This document shows, one piece after another, positions 34,950 through 44,926 of a stretch of DNA of 55,578 bases (positions are counted from its first letter, which is position 1; every line of letters begins with the position of its first letter). The translations under genes were made by a program, and so were the position numbers. This DNA comes from Candidatus Kerfeldbacteria bacterium. Its GTDB lineage: Bacteria > Patescibacteriota > Patescibacteriia > SBBC01 > JACPUP01. The stretch covers positions 1 through 55,578 of the forward strand of contig JACPUP010000029.1 in assembly GCA_016192205.1 (NCBI GenBank), written 5' to 3'. The notes under the pieces are model-generated. The model did not search any database and was not told the origin of the DNA. It was given only the letters and a program-made list of their open reading frames with translations.

Positions 34950-36200
34950 ATGCGCGCCTCCAACCTCTTCGCTCCCAGCCGAAAGGAACTCCCGAAAGAT
35001 GAGACGAGCACGAACGCGCAACTCTTGCTCCGGGCTGGCTACGTCGACAAACTCATGGCCGGCGTCTACTCGCTCCTGCCGCTCGGCCTGACCGTACAGC
35101 GCCACATCGAGCGTATCATCCGCGAGGAGATGAACGCACTCGGCGCACAGGAGCTCCTCTTGCCGGCGCTCCACCCGAAATCCCTGTGGGACGTCACTGG
35201 CCGCTGGGCGACGCTGGCTGACATCATGTACCAGTTCCGCGATCATCAGGATCGCTCCGTGGGGCTGGGGACAACCCATGAAGAGGTCATCACTGACATC
35301 GTGGCGCACAGCGTGACGTCCTACCGTGACCTCCCCCTCAAAGTCTACCAAATCCAGACGAAGTTCCGCGACGAGCCCCGCGCCAAATCAGGGCTCATTC
35401 GTCTGCGCGAGTTCACGATGAAGGATTTGTACACCTTCCACGCGGACGCGGCCGACCTCGCAACCTGCTACGACCAGGTTCAAGCTGCCTACCGCACGAT
35501 CTTCGAGCGCTGCGGCCTCAAGGCAAAAATCATCGAAGCCTCTGGCGGTGCTTTCACCAAAGAATTTTCCCACGAGTTTTCCGTTGTGAGCGACGCGGGC
35601 GAAGACCGCATCGTGTTCTGCCCGGCCTGCGACGTCGCCCAGAACAAAGAGATTGCTCGGGTCAAGGGTGGCCAACTGTGTCCCAACGGCGATGGCACGC
35701 TCGCCGAAGCGAAAGCCGTTGAGGTCGGCAACATTTTCAAGCTCGGCACGCGGTTCTCCGAAGCGCTCCACGCTGTCTTCCGCGATGCCCACGGCCGTGA
35801 GCAGCCGATGCACATGGCGTCGTACGGAATTGGACCGGGTCGGGTACTGGCAACCATCGTTGAGGTTCACCACGATGAGCAGGGGATTGTCTGGCCGGCC
35901 AGCGTCAGCCCCTCCCTGGCGACGATCATCTCCCTCGGTGCGGAACCTGCTGCCGCAGCCTTGTACCGAGCTTGCGAAAAAGCCGGGGTTCCCGTACTCT
36001 ACGCCGACCGCGCTGGTAGTGCCGGCGAGCAGTTCGCCACCGCCGACCTCCTCGGTTTTCCCGTGCGCATCGTCGCCTCGAAGAAAACCGGCGCCAAACT
36101 TGAATGGAAACGCCGAGACGAAGACACCCTTGAGCTCGTCACCCCAGCGGAAGCGCTCAAACGTCTGACCGCGCTCGAACGGGAACGCTATGCTCGCTAG
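34950..36200 (+). CDS. proS: Proline--tRNA ligase, bacterial type without the INS editing domain
   Basis: Start re-set to ATG 34950. RAGYVDKL, FRDEPRAKSGLIRLREFTMKD (motif 2), GNIFKLGTRFSEAL, YGIGPGR (motif 3). 416 aa. Confidence 0.9.
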   Translation: MRASNLFAPSRKELPKDETSTNAQLLLRAGYVDKLMAGVYSLLPLGLTVQRHIERIIREEMNALGAQELLLPALHPKSLWDVTGRWATLADIMYQFRDHQDRSVGLGTTHEEVITDIVAHSVTSYRDLPLKVYQIQTKFRDEPRAKSGLIRLREFTMKDLYTFHADAADLATCYDQVQAAYRTIFERCGLKAKIIEASGGAFTKEFSHEFSVVSDAGEDRIVFCPACDVAQNKEIARVKGGQLCPNGDGTLAEAKAVEVGNIFKLGTRFSEALHAVFRDAHGREQPMHMASYGIGPGRVLATIVEVHHDEQGIVWPASVSPSLATIISLGAEPAAAALYRACEKAGVPVLYADRAGSAGEQFATADLLGFPVRIVASKKTGAKLEWKRRDEDTLELVTPAEALKRLTALERERYAR

Positions 36201-37245
36201 ACTCCTGGGACGCTTTTCCCACGACATGGGCATTGACCTCGGCACGGCCAACACGCTCGTCTACGTCAAGGACCGAGGGATTGTCATCAATGAGCCATCG
36301 GTCGTAGCCGTGAACACGCGGACGAACGAAATCCTGGCCGTGGGCGATGACGCGCGACAGATGGTCGGCAAAACGCCCGGGCACATCGTCGCAACGCGGC
36401 CACTCGTGGACGGCGTGATCTCGGACTTCGAAATCACCGAACGGATGCTCAGACACTTCATCGAGAAGGTCCACCGCGAATCGTTTGCGTTCCTCCCGCG
36501 GCCGCGGATCGTCATCGGCATTCCGCTCGGCGTCACCGAAGTGGAACGCAAGGCCGTCGAGGATGCCACGCTTCGGGCCGGCGCCCGCGAGGTCTTCCTG
36601 ATTGAAGAACCCATGGCCGCCGCCATCGGCATCCGCTTGCCAGTCCAGGATGCCTCGGGGAACATGGTCGTGGACATTGGCGGCGGCACGACCGAGATCG
36701 CCGTCATCTCTCTGGGCGGCGTCGTCAGTTGGCGTTCGCTCCGGGTGGCCGGCGCCGAGCTCAACGAGAACATCGTCGCGTATGCTCGGGACCAATTCAA
36801 CCTGCTCATTGGCGAGCGAACCGCCGAGGAGGTGAAGATCAACATCGGCACCGTGGTGCCGGACGCCGAGCCGCTCGAAATGAAAATGCGCGGACGGGAT
36901 CTCATCTCTGGCCTCCCGAAAGAGGTTTCCATCACCAGCGAGCAAACGCGCGAGGCCCTGAACCGTTCCGCCAAGCTCATCGTCGATAACATCAAGGCGA
37001 CCATTGAGGACACGCCGCCTGAACTCGTGGCCGATATCTTCAAGCGGGGGATTGTCCTGACCGGTGGTGGCGCACTCCTCCGTGGTCTCGCAACCTTCCT
37101 GCACCGCGAGACGCAGGTCCCGGTTCATGTCGCCGACGATCCGCTCACCTGCGTGGTGCGGGGAACGGGTATCGTGCTGGACGACTTGGAAACGCTGCGG
37201 GACGTCCTGGTCCCAACCGAGACCGACGACGCATTCTCCACGTAG
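36190..37245 (+). CDS. mreB: Rod-shape-determining protein MreB (paralog 2)
   Basis: GIDLGTANT, DIGGGTTEIA, TGGGALLRG. Followed directly by mreC and mreD. Confidence 0.93.
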   Translation: MLARLLGRFSHDMGIDLGTANTLVYVKDRGIVINEPSVVAVNTRTNEILAVGDDARQMVGKTPGHIVATRPLVDGVISDFEITERMLRHFIEKVHRESFAFLPRPRIVIGIPLGVTEVERKAVEDATLRAGAREVFLIEEPMAAAIGIRLPVQDASGNMVVDIGGGTTEIAVISLGGVVSWRSLRVAGAELNENIVAYARDQFNLLIGERTAEEVKINIGTVVPDAEPLEMKMRGRDLISGLPKEVSITSEQTREALNRSAKLIVDNIKATIEDTPPELVADIFKRGIVLTGGGALLRGLATFLHRETQVPVHVADDPLTCVVRGTGIVLDDLETLRDVLVPTETDDAFST

Positions 37246-37248
37246 TGT

Positions 37249-38067
37249 ATGGCGCGCCCCACCCTGCGGCCAGCGCGAACCGTCCTCGTCATCATCGGCC
37301 TTGCCATCGTCGGGTTCTTTGCGCTCCATCGCATTGGCGCACTGCGCCCGCTGGAAGGATTCGGCGTCCGCGTGTTTGCGCCACTCCAATCCGGGCTGGC
37401 GCGTGCGGCCCAGAGCGTCCAAGCCTTCGGCCAATCCATCGCTGGCACGCGCTCCATCCATGAGGAGAACGAGCAGCTACGCGATACCCTCGCTGCCGCG
37501 CTGGCCGAGAATGAACGCTTACGTCTTGATCGAGAGGAAGCGGTCGAGGTCGACCGGGCGCTCCAGTTCCTCGGTGAGCGTTCCTGGACCGGGACGGTCG
37601 CCCGCGTCGTCGGGCGATCCCCAGACCCAACCTTCCAACTGTTCCTCGTCAACCGCGGACGGAGCCAGGGGGTGCTCCCGGGCGCAGCGGTCATCGTCGG
37701 CGACGGCGTGTTGGTAGGGAAAGTTCTCGAGAGCGAACCCGAATCAGCCCGCTTCATTGTCTTGACTGATTCCCACGCGCGCGTGGCCGGTCGCGTCGAG
37801 AACGAACGGCACAGCCAGGGCATCCTAACCGGCGAGCATGGCCTTTCCCTCCGCATGGACCTACTCGAGAAAACCGACCCCGTGGAACCTGGTACGTTAG
37901 TCGTCACCTCCGGGATTGAACAGGGGATTCCCGCCGGCCTCGTCATCGGTCGCATCACCGCAGTTGAGCAACGCCCTGGGGACCTCTTCCAGTCGGCATC
38001 GGTCGACGCGGTCGCCACTGTACGGTCGCTGACCGTCGTCACGATCCTCACGTTCGACCATGCGTAA
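37249..38067 (+). CDS. mreC: Rod-shape-determining protein MreC
   Basis: N-terminal TM, a coiled-coil (ENEQLRDTLAAALAENERL), beta-rich C-terminal domains (VVTSGIEQGIPAGLVIG), and position after mreB. Confidence 0.85.
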   Translation: MARPTLRPARTVLVIIGLAIVGFFALHRIGALRPLEGFGVRVFAPLQSGLARAAQSVQAFGQSIAGTRSIHEENEQLRDTLAAALAENERLRLDREEAVEVDRALQFLGERSWTGTVARVVGRSPDPTFQLFLVNRGRSQGVLPGAAVIVGDGVLVGKVLESEPESARFIVLTDSHARVAGRVENERHSQGILTGEHGLSLRMDLLEKTDPVEPGTLVVTSGIEQGIPAGLVIGRITAVEQRPGDLFQSASVDAVATVRSLTVVTILTFDHA

Positions 38068-38593
38068 ACAGGCACTCCTCTTCCTCACCTTCGTGCTGCT
38101 GGCGCACCTCCAGGTGTCCTGGCTCAACCTCACCAACCCGACCCTCACGTTTAACCTGCCCTGGACCCTCCTCTTGCTGCTCATGCCCTTCGTCCGACCA
38201 CCGCTGCTGGCGAGCGCCGCAATCGGCATGGCACTCACGCTCGATTACCTCTCGGCGCTCCCCTTCGGCAGCTACCTCATGAGTACGGGTGCGACCCTCG
38301 CGCTCCTCACCCTCTCGGCCCGCCGCATTCCCGTTCGACAACACCGACTGTTTCGACTCCTGACGATCGGCCTCGGTTCGCTCCTCATGTTCGGCCTGCT
38401 CGTGAGCGTCTCCACCGCACTCGCGGTTGTGGGTCTCGCGCCATTCGCTTTCGCACTCGACAGCCGCATTTTCAGCGAATGGGCGATCTTCCTTGGCTGG
38501 AATCTCCTGCTCTCCGGCGGAGCGTTCGTCATCGTGCTCCTCATCCGTCGCCTGGCCGCCCCGCACTTCTTCCTCCGCCATGAAACCCCATAA
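38060..38593 (+). CDS. mreD: Rod-shape-determining protein MreD (polytopic membrane protein)
   Basis: 177 aa, 5-6 TM, overlaps both mreC and mrdA. The call rests mainly on position. Confidence 0.65.
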   Translation: MRKQALLFLTFVLLAHLQVSWLNLTNPTLTFNLPWTLLLLLMPFVRPPLLASAAIGMALTLDYLSALPFGSYLMSTGATLALLTLSARRIPVRQHRLFRLLTIGLGSLLMFGLLVSVSTALAVVGLAPFAFALDSRIFSEWAIFLGWNLLLSGGAFVIVLLIRRLAAPHFFLRHETP

Positions 38594-40487
38594 TCCCTTC
38601 GAACCGTTCCTCCCACACGAGGATATCCGGTCGCGGCGCGTGGTTGGTTGGCACCGCGAAACAACCGTCGACGATTTTCTCGATGCGCCCGACCGCGCGG
38701 CCATGAAGCAGCGGTTCGCGTTTCCGCGCCTCCGGCTTCTGTCGGTGCTGGTGCTGGTGACCGCCGTGGTCTTCACGTTTCGCCTCCTGCAGTTGCAGCT
38801 CGTCCGCGGCGCCGAGCTCCGGGACCAATCTGAATCGAACCGCGTCAAGCGCGAGCTGCTCCTGGCGTCGCGCGGCATACTCTTCGACCGGAATCACGTA
38901 CCGCTCACAGCCAACCACCCGCGGTTCACCGTGACGGTGATCCCGGCAGAACTCGCAGTCGAACCAGCCACCCGGGCAACCGTCCTCGAAGCACTCGCGA
39001 CGATCGTTGGTCAGCCAGCCGACGACGTCCGGGCGGCGCTGGAACATCCCGGTGACGACGGGCGCGTGGAACTCGACGTGGAACTGACGCACGAGCAGGC
39101 CATCAACCTCGACGTGCGCTTTGGCGACACGCCCGGCATTGCCGTCGACGCGCAACCGCTCCGGACGTACACACTCGGTCCGGCCAGCAGCCACCTGCTC
39201 GGCACCCTCGGCAAACCGACCCAGGAAGAGGTGGAGAACGGTTACGCGCCCGTCGAGACGCTCGGGAAGAGCGGCTTGGAAGCGGTATTTGAGGAAACAC
39301 TGCGTGGCCGCAACGGCGTCCAGGACATCGAACGAGACAGTGCCAACCGCGAGCAACGCGTCATCGCGACCGAGCGTCCGCGTCCGGGCGCCAACCTCGT
39401 TCTCACGATCGACGGCGAACTCCAGCAACACCTCTACGACGAGCTGACGGCCGCGATCAAACGCGTGCACGCTCCGGCTGGGGCGGCCGTGGCCATCGAC
39501 CCGCGGACTGGGGACGTCCTCGGGCTCGTGTCCGTTCCGGGATACGACCCGAATGCGTTCTCCCGCGGACTGACCCCAGAGGCGTTCGCTGCACTTTCGT
39601 CTGATGCGCGCCTTCCGCTCTTCAACCGCGCCATTGCCGGTGAGTACCCGTCAGGCTCCACCATCAAGCCATTCATCGCCGCGTCCGCCCTCGACGAGCG
39701 CATTATCACCCCGTCGACCAGCGTGCAGTCGGTCGGCGGCATCCAGATCGGCCAGTGGTTTTTCCCCGACTGGAAACCCGGTGGTCACGGCACAACTGAC
39801 GTCCGGAAAGCCATCGCCGAATCGGTCAACACGTTCTTCTATATGGTGGGCGGCGGGACCGATGACTTCCGCGGACTCGGGATAGAAACGATGACCACGC
39901 ACGTTCGTCGCTTTGGCTTCGGATCAGCCACCGGCATTGACCTGCCGGGCGAACGGAGCGGATTCCTTCCATCCATGGCCTGGAAAGAGGAGGTCAAGGG
40001 CGATCGCTGGTACATCGGCGATACCTACCACTTCGCCATCGGCCAGGGTGACCTGCTCGTGACACCACTGCAACTCGCCAGCGGTGTCGCCACCATTGCC
40101 AACGGCGGCACGCGGTACCGACCGCACCTCGTCTCCGCCATCACGTCAGCCGAGGGGGAGACGCTTAAAACGTTCCCGCCCGAGGTCGAAGACCGCCGCG
40201 CCGCCGGCACGAGCAGCATTGGCGTCGTCCGCGAAGGCATGCGACAAACCGTCCTCTCCGGAACCGCACAAAGCATGCAGAGTGTCCCGGTCCCGGTCGC
40301 CGGGAAAACCGGCACGGCCCAGTTCGGTGCGAACGACCAAACGCATTCCTGGCTCACCGCCTTCGCCCCCTATGACGAACCAACGATAGCACTCGCGGTC
40401 CTCGTCGAGGCCGGCGGCGAGGGAACGGATGCGGCGCTGCCAGTTGCCCGATCGGTGCTTTCCTGGTATTTTTCTCGGAGTCAGTAA
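38580..40487 (+). CDS. mrdA: Penicillin-binding protein 2 (class B transpeptidase)
   Basis: Start re-set to ATG 38580. SxxK (SGSTIKP), SxN (ESVN), KTG (GKTGTAQ), and an N-terminal TM. Confidence 0.9.
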   Translation: MKPHNPFEPFLPHEDIRSRRVVGWHRETTVDDFLDAPDRAAMKQRFAFPRLRLLSVLVLVTAVVFTFRLLQLQLVRGAELRDQSESNRVKRELLLASRGILFDRNHVPLTANHPRFTVTVIPAELAVEPATRATVLEALATIVGQPADDVRAALEHPGDDGRVELDVELTHEQAINLDVRFGDTPGIAVDAQPLRTYTLGPASSHLLGTLGKPTQEEVENGYAPVETLGKSGLEAVFEETLRGRNGVQDIERDSANREQRVIATERPRPGANLVLTIDGELQQHLYDELTAAIKRVHAPAGAAVAIDPRTGDVLGLVSVPGYDPNAFSRGLTPEAFAALSSDARLPLFNRAIAGEYPSGSTIKPFIAASALDERIITPSTSVQSVGGIQIGQWFFPDWKPGGHGTTDVRKAIAESVNTFFYMVGGGTDDFRGLGIETMTTHVRRFGFGSATGIDLPGERSGFLPSMAWKEEVKGDRWYIGDTYHFAIGQGDLLVTPLQLASGVATIANGGTRYRPHLVSAITSAEGETLKTFPPEVEDRRAAGTSSIGVVREGMRQTVLSGTAQSMQSVPVPVAGKTGTAQFGANDQTHSWLTAFAPYDEPTIALAVLVEAGGEGTDAALPVARSVLSWYFSRSQ

Positions 40488-40508
40488 CTGCTTATCCACA
40501 CCTCACGT

Positions 40509-40973
40509 ATGGTTGACGACCAAATAATCCTCACGCCGGAAGGGTACGAACGCGCCCGCAACGAATTGGACCTGCTCAAGAACGTCAAACGGAAAGAAAT
40601 CGCCGCGCGGATCCAAGACGCGAAAGAACTCGGCGACCTGTCGGAGAACGCCGAGTACGCCGAAGCCAAGAACGAGCAATCCTTCATCGAAGGCCGCATC
40701 ATCGAACTGGAGAACCTCCTGAAGACGGCGACGGTCATCGAAACACCATCAGACTCGAGCGTCGTCCACATCGGCTCCCAGGTCACGGTCAAACAGGGGA
40801 CGAGCCAGCGAACGTTCATCATTGTCGGCTCGAATGAGGCCGACCCCACGAATGGGAAGATTTCGAACGAATCGCCGCTCGGCAAGGCCTTCATCGGGAA
40901 GAAAGCTGGGGCCGACGTCACGGTCGCCACTCCGGCGGGCGAGACGACGTTCTCCATCGTTTCCATCGGGTAG
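40509..40973 (+). CDS. greA: Transcription elongation factor GreA
   Basis: Coiled-coil N-terminus ([22 protein letters not shown]) plus the C-terminal FKBP-like domain. Confidence 0.93.
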   Translation: MVDDQIILTPEGYERARNELDLLKNVKRKEIAARIQDAKELGDLSENAEYAEAKNEQSFIEGRIIELENLLKTATVIETPSDSSVVHIGSQVTVKQGTSQRTFIIVGSNEADPTNGKISNESPLGKAFIGKKAGADVTVATPAGETTFSIVSIG

Positions 40974-40984
40974 GCCTTCCTGGC

Positions 40985-41014
40985 TTGCGTCGACGTCGAG
41001 ACGTCGGCTACACT
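40985..41014 (+). promoter_or_regulatory. Possible promoter giving a near-leaderless lysS transcript
   Basis: TTGCGT (40985-40990), 18-nt spacer containing the palindrome CGACGT-cgag-ACGTCG, TACACT (41009-41014). ATG at 41023 is only 8 nt after the -10. Confidence 0.3.
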
Positions 41015-41022
41015 ACAAGCCC

Positions 41023-42525
41023 ATGGGCAACGCGCGCGAGCTCGACCAGATTGTCGTGAGGCGGCAGAAGCTTGAGGAGCTCCGCCGGCTTGGGATTGAC
41101 CCGTACCCGGCGCGCATCACACCGCCGACCAGCGCAACGTCCTTCATCCAATCCATTGATCAAAGGGCCTCGGCGCGCGCAACCGTGGCCGGCCGCGTGC
41201 TCGCGATCCGGTTGCACGGCGGCTCGTGTTTTTGCTCGTTATCCGATGGGACGGCGACGCTCCAACTCTATCTGAAGCGAGACGCACTCGGCGACTGGTA
41301 CGATCGCTGGACGAAGCTCCTGGATGCAGGCGACATCGTTCAAGCCACGGGCACGCCCATGCGGACGAAGCGGGGGGAACCGACGATGCTCGTGTCCGAG
41401 CTCCGGTTGCTCACGAAGTCCCTCCGACCGCTGCCGGCAAAATGGCACGGCTTGGCGGACGTCGAAACGCGCTACCGCAAACGGGAGCTCGATCTCATCG
41501 CCAATCCCGACGTGCGTTTGGTCTTCGAACGCCGTGCGAAACTCATCACGGCCCTCCGTACCTTTCTAGACGGGCGGGGATTTTTGGAGGTTGAGACGCC
41601 CGTGCTCCAATCCATCGCGGGTGGCACGATCGCGCGGCCGTTCATAACGCAACACCACGCGCTCGGTCACGAGTTTTTCCTGCGCATCGCGCCGGAACTC
41701 TACCTCAAACGCTTGGTCGTCGGCGGGCTCAACCGCGTCTACGAGATCGGTCGGTGTTTCCGGAACGAAGGGCTCGATCCGCACCACAACCCCGAATTCA
41801 CCATGGCCGAGTTCTACGTCGCCTACGCAGACTATGCGTGGCTCATGACCTTCACCGAGGAACTCATGGCCACGGTCGTGCGCGCCGTCCTGCAGACAAC
41901 GACGGTCACCGTGGGCGACCACCAACTCGATTTTGCCCCGCCGTATGAGCGTCTCACGTTCCAAGCGGCGCTCCAACGCCACGCCCAGCTTTCACTGACC
42001 GCGACCGACGCGGAGTTGCAACGATTTTCCCAGACAAAAAAACTCGATGTTCCAGCCCAGGCCGGGCGCGGGAAAATTTTCGACGAGGCTTTCAAAACGT
42101 TCGCGCGCGCGGCAATCGTCCAGCCAACGTTCGTCACTGACCACCCCGTCGAATTGTCTCCGCTGGCCAAGCAGCGGGCTGACGACCGGGCCGTGGTCGA
42201 ACGCTTCCAACTCATCGCCGACGGCAGCGAACTCATCAACGCCTATTCTGAGCTCAATGACCCCGAAGAGCAGCAGCGCCGCTTTACCGAAAACCAGGCT
42301 CGCCGCGATCGCGGGGATGAAGAAGCCCACCCGTACGATCCGGACTACCTCGAGGCGCTCGAAACCGGCCTCCCACCAACGGCTGGTTGGGGCTTAGGCC
42401 TTGACCGGTTGGCCATGCTCATGAACAACGTCGGGTCCATCAAAGATGTCATCCTCTTTCCGACCCTCAAACCGAAAACGAAGCGAACCGTGCCACCAGC
42501 GAAGCGGAAGCGAACACGACGGTGA
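41023..42525 (+). CDS. lysS: Lysine--tRNA ligase (class II)
   Basis: Start re-set to ATG 41023. OB-fold N-terminus, [30 protein letters not shown]. Confidence 0.95.
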   Translation: MGNARELDQIVVRRQKLEELRRLGIDPYPARITPPTSATSFIQSIDQRASARATVAGRVLAIRLHGGSCFCSLSDGTATLQLYLKRDALGDWYDRWTKLLDAGDIVQATGTPMRTKRGEPTMLVSELRLLTKSLRPLPAKWHGLADVETRYRKRELDLIANPDVRLVFERRAKLITALRTFLDGRGFLEVETPVLQSIAGGTIARPFITQHHALGHEFFLRIAPELYLKRLVVGGLNRVYEIGRCFRNEGLDPHHNPEFTMAEFYVAYADYAWLMTFTEELMATVVRAVLQTTTVTVGDHQLDFAPPYERLTFQAALQRHAQLSLTATDAELQRFSQTKKLDVPAQAGRGKIFDEAFKTFARAAIVQPTFVTDHPVELSPLAKQRADDRAVVERFQLIADGSELINAYSELNDPEEQQRRFTENQARRDRGDEEAHPYDPDYLEALETGLPPTAGWGLGLDRLAMLMNNVGSIKDVILFPTLKPKTKRTVPPAKRKRTRR

Positions 42526-42535
42526 AACGCTAAGT

Positions 42536-43798
42536 ATGCTCGATCTCCGGTACATTCGAGCCCACCGCGACCACGTTGAAAACGTTGCTCGCAGCCGCGG
42601 GATCACGGTATCCCTGGACAAGCTCCTCGCGCTGAACGACAAGCTCAGCGAGCTCCGCGGACACCTGGAACGCGCCCAAGCCGAGCGCAATGCCGCATCG
42701 CACGCCATGGCCGGACTCGAGGAGCGTCAGCGCCAGGCCCAACGAGCTTCGCTCAAGGCACTCGGCGACACGGTCACGAAACTCAAGCAGCGCTACGCGG
42801 AACTCGAGCAACGCCAGACCGAGCTCGCATCGGCCGTCCCCAACATCGTGACGGACGACGTCCCACTCGACCCCAACCCCGAGCACAACCGCGTCCTCCG
42901 CGCAGAGGGAGCCAAGCCGACCTTTTCGTTTCCGCCGCGCGACTACCTGACGATTGCCGAAAAGCTCGACCTTATCGATACAGCGCGTGCGGCGAAAGTC
43001 TCGGGGACGCGCTTCGGCTACCTGAAAGGAGCAGCAGCAGAACTTGAGTTTGCCCTGGTGCGCTTTGCCCTCGACTACGTGGCCGAACAAGGATTCATTG
43101 CCGTCGTACCGCCCGTGATGGTTCGCGACGAGGTCATCCGTGGGGTCGGCTACTTGGAAGCTGGCGGAACGCTCGAACGGTACCACCTCGATGCCGACGG
43201 ACTGTACCTCGTGGGATCGGCAGAACACGCACTCGTCCCGCTCCACATGAACGAGCGACTTGCAGCGGACGAACTCCCGCGCCGCTACGCTGGCTTCTCA
43301 ACCTGTTTCCGCCGCGAGGCTGGCGCCGCCGGCAAGGACACGCGCGGGATTCTGCGCGTCCACCAATTCGATAAACTCGAGCTCGTGACAGTGTGCCTCC
43401 CAGAACACGGGGACGAAGAGTTCAACCGCTTGCTCGGCATTGAGGAAGGGTTGCTCCGCGCGCTCGGCCTGCCCTACCGCATTGTGCAGCTGGTGAGTGG
43501 AGACATCCCGTTCCCGCTCGCCAAGACCTACGACGTGGAAACCTGGATGCCAGGCCAGGGCGTCTACCGGGAAACACACTCGTGCAGTACGGCGCTCGAT
43601 TTCCAGGCGCGGCGGCTCAACATCCGCTACCAGCGCGGTGCGGAGCGCGGGTTTGTCCACACGCTCAACGCCACTGGCTTGGCCATCGGTCGCACGCTCA
43701 TCGCCATCATCGAAAACTACCAGACGAAGAAAGGGTTTGCGATTCCGAAAAAACTCCGGCCGTACCTGAATGGCCGGAAGGATGTGACGGCGGAGTAG
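42536..43798 (+). CDS. serS: Serine--tRNA ligase
   Basis: Start re-set to ATG 42536 (MLDLRYIR). tRNA-binding coiled coil, FRREAGAAGKDTRGILRVHQF, NATGLAIGRTLIAIIENYQ. Confidence 0.95.
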   Translation: MLDLRYIRAHRDHVENVARSRGITVSLDKLLALNDKLSELRGHLERAQAERNAASHAMAGLEERQRQAQRASLKALGDTVTKLKQRYAELEQRQTELASAVPNIVTDDVPLDPNPEHNRVLRAEGAKPTFSFPPRDYLTIAEKLDLIDTARAAKVSGTRFGYLKGAAAELEFALVRFALDYVAEQGFIAVVPPVMVRDEVIRGVGYLEAGGTLERYHLDADGLYLVGSAEHALVPLHMNERLAADELPRRYAGFSTCFRREAGAAGKDTRGILRVHQFDKLELVTVCLPEHGDEEFNRLLGIEEGLLRALGLPYRIVQLVSGDIPFPLAKTYDVETWMPGQGVYRETHSCSTALDFQARRLNIRYQRGAERGFVHTLNATGLAIGRTLIAIIENYQTKKGFAIPKKLRPYLNGRKDVTAE

Positions 43799-43804
43799 GG
43801 GAGT

Positions 43805-44926
43805 ATGGTCGAGCGCCGGACTTGGGTCGAAATTCACCAGCGCAGCCTGCATTCGAATCTCCTTCAGTACCAACGTCTGCTGCCGAAAAACGTCAAAATT
43901 GCCCCAGTGATCAAGGCCAATGCCTATGGGCACGGAACCCTTGTGGTCGTTCAAACGCTCAAAAAATCGCCAATTTGGGGCTTCTGCGTGGCTTCAGGCG
44001 AAGAGGCGCTTGAACTGCGGCAGCACTTTTCACGCCGAATCCTCGTGCTCAGTTCTTGGCAACCGCGTGAACTGCCAGACCTCATCCGCGCCCGCATCGA
44101 CCTCGTCGTCTGGGATACGGCCGCTGCCCGCCAGGCGCACCGCATTGCCACAAGGATTGGCACGCGAGCGCGGGTGCATGCGAAGATTGACACTGGGGCA
44201 GGCCGGATCGGCGTGCTCCCAGACGCTGCCCCGACATTCCTCAATGAACTGCAGCGCTTCTCCGGAATCAAACTCGCGGGTGTGTTCACCCACTTCGCCG
44301 CGGTTGAAGAGAACCAAATCCGCTTTACGCAGCTCCAGCTGCGGCGCTTTCGTGAGGTCACGCAATCGCTTCCACCAAGCGTCGAGCGGCACACGGCCAG
44401 CACCGCGGCCATCACGCGGGCCCGCCAGTCCTGGCACAGTTTCGTTCGGCTCGGCATCGGACTCTACGGCCTCTGGCCATCCGCAGCGACCAAACGCTAT
44501 GCCCGTCGCGATCGACTGGGGGTATCACTCACGCCCGTGCTGAGTTGGAAAACGCACGTGCTCCAAGTCAAGCGCATTCCACGGGGCACCACGGTCGGCT
44601 ACGGCCGCACGTTCCACGCCACGCGTCCCACCACGCTTGGCATCATCCCGATTGGCTACTGGGATGGCTTCGATCGGAGCTTGAGCAACAATGGCGCGGC
44701 GCTCGTGCGCGGGAAACGGGTACGCGTCGCCGGCCGCGTCTCGATGAACCTGACCATGCTCGATCTGACGGACCTTCCCAACCCAAGGCCGGGCGATCTC
44801 GTCACGCTCATCGGAGAGAACGGCCGCGCCAGCGTGACCGCCGAGGCAATGGCCGCTGCCGCCGGCACCATCAACTACGAGGTCGTGACGCGCATTAACC
44901 CGCGGATCCCGAGAATCCTCGTATGA
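43805..44926 (+). CDS. alr: Alanine racemase
   Basis: PLP lysine motif APVIKANAYGHG. C-terminal YEVVTRINPRIPR. Confidence 0.92.
   Translation: MVERRTWVEIHQRSLHSNLLQYQRLLPKNVKIAPVIKANAYGHGTLVVVQTLKKSPIWGFCVASGEEALELRQHFSRRILVLSSWQPRELPDLIRARIDLVVWDTAAARQAHRIATRIGTRARVHAKIDTGAGRIGVLPDAAPTFLNELQRFSGIKLAGVFTHFAAVEENQIRFTQLQLRRFREVTQSLPPSVERHTASTAAITRARQSWHSFVRLGIGLYGLWPSAATKRYARRDRLGVSLTPVLSWKTHVLQVKRIPRGTTVGYGRTFHATRPTTLGIIPIGYWDGFDRSLSNNGAALVRGKRVRVAGRVSMNLTMLDLTDLPNPRPGDLVTLIGENGRASVTAEAMAAAAGTINYEVVTRINPRIPRILV

Noticed and set aside
36157-37461. 434-aa minus-strand ORF antisense to mreB and the start of mreC. There are similar long antisense ORFs at 30748-32013 (421 aa), 7181-8206 (341 aa), 49365-50465 (+, 366 aa), 49583-50620 (-, off-frame, 345 aa) and 38541-39470 (309 aa).
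   Set aside because: Each overlaps a strongly conserved gene (mreB, GT4/holB, secF, gltX/GT26, mrdA) in another frame or strand. All show biased Arg/Asp/Gly/His composition and no family motifs. These are typical GC-rich shadow ORFs.
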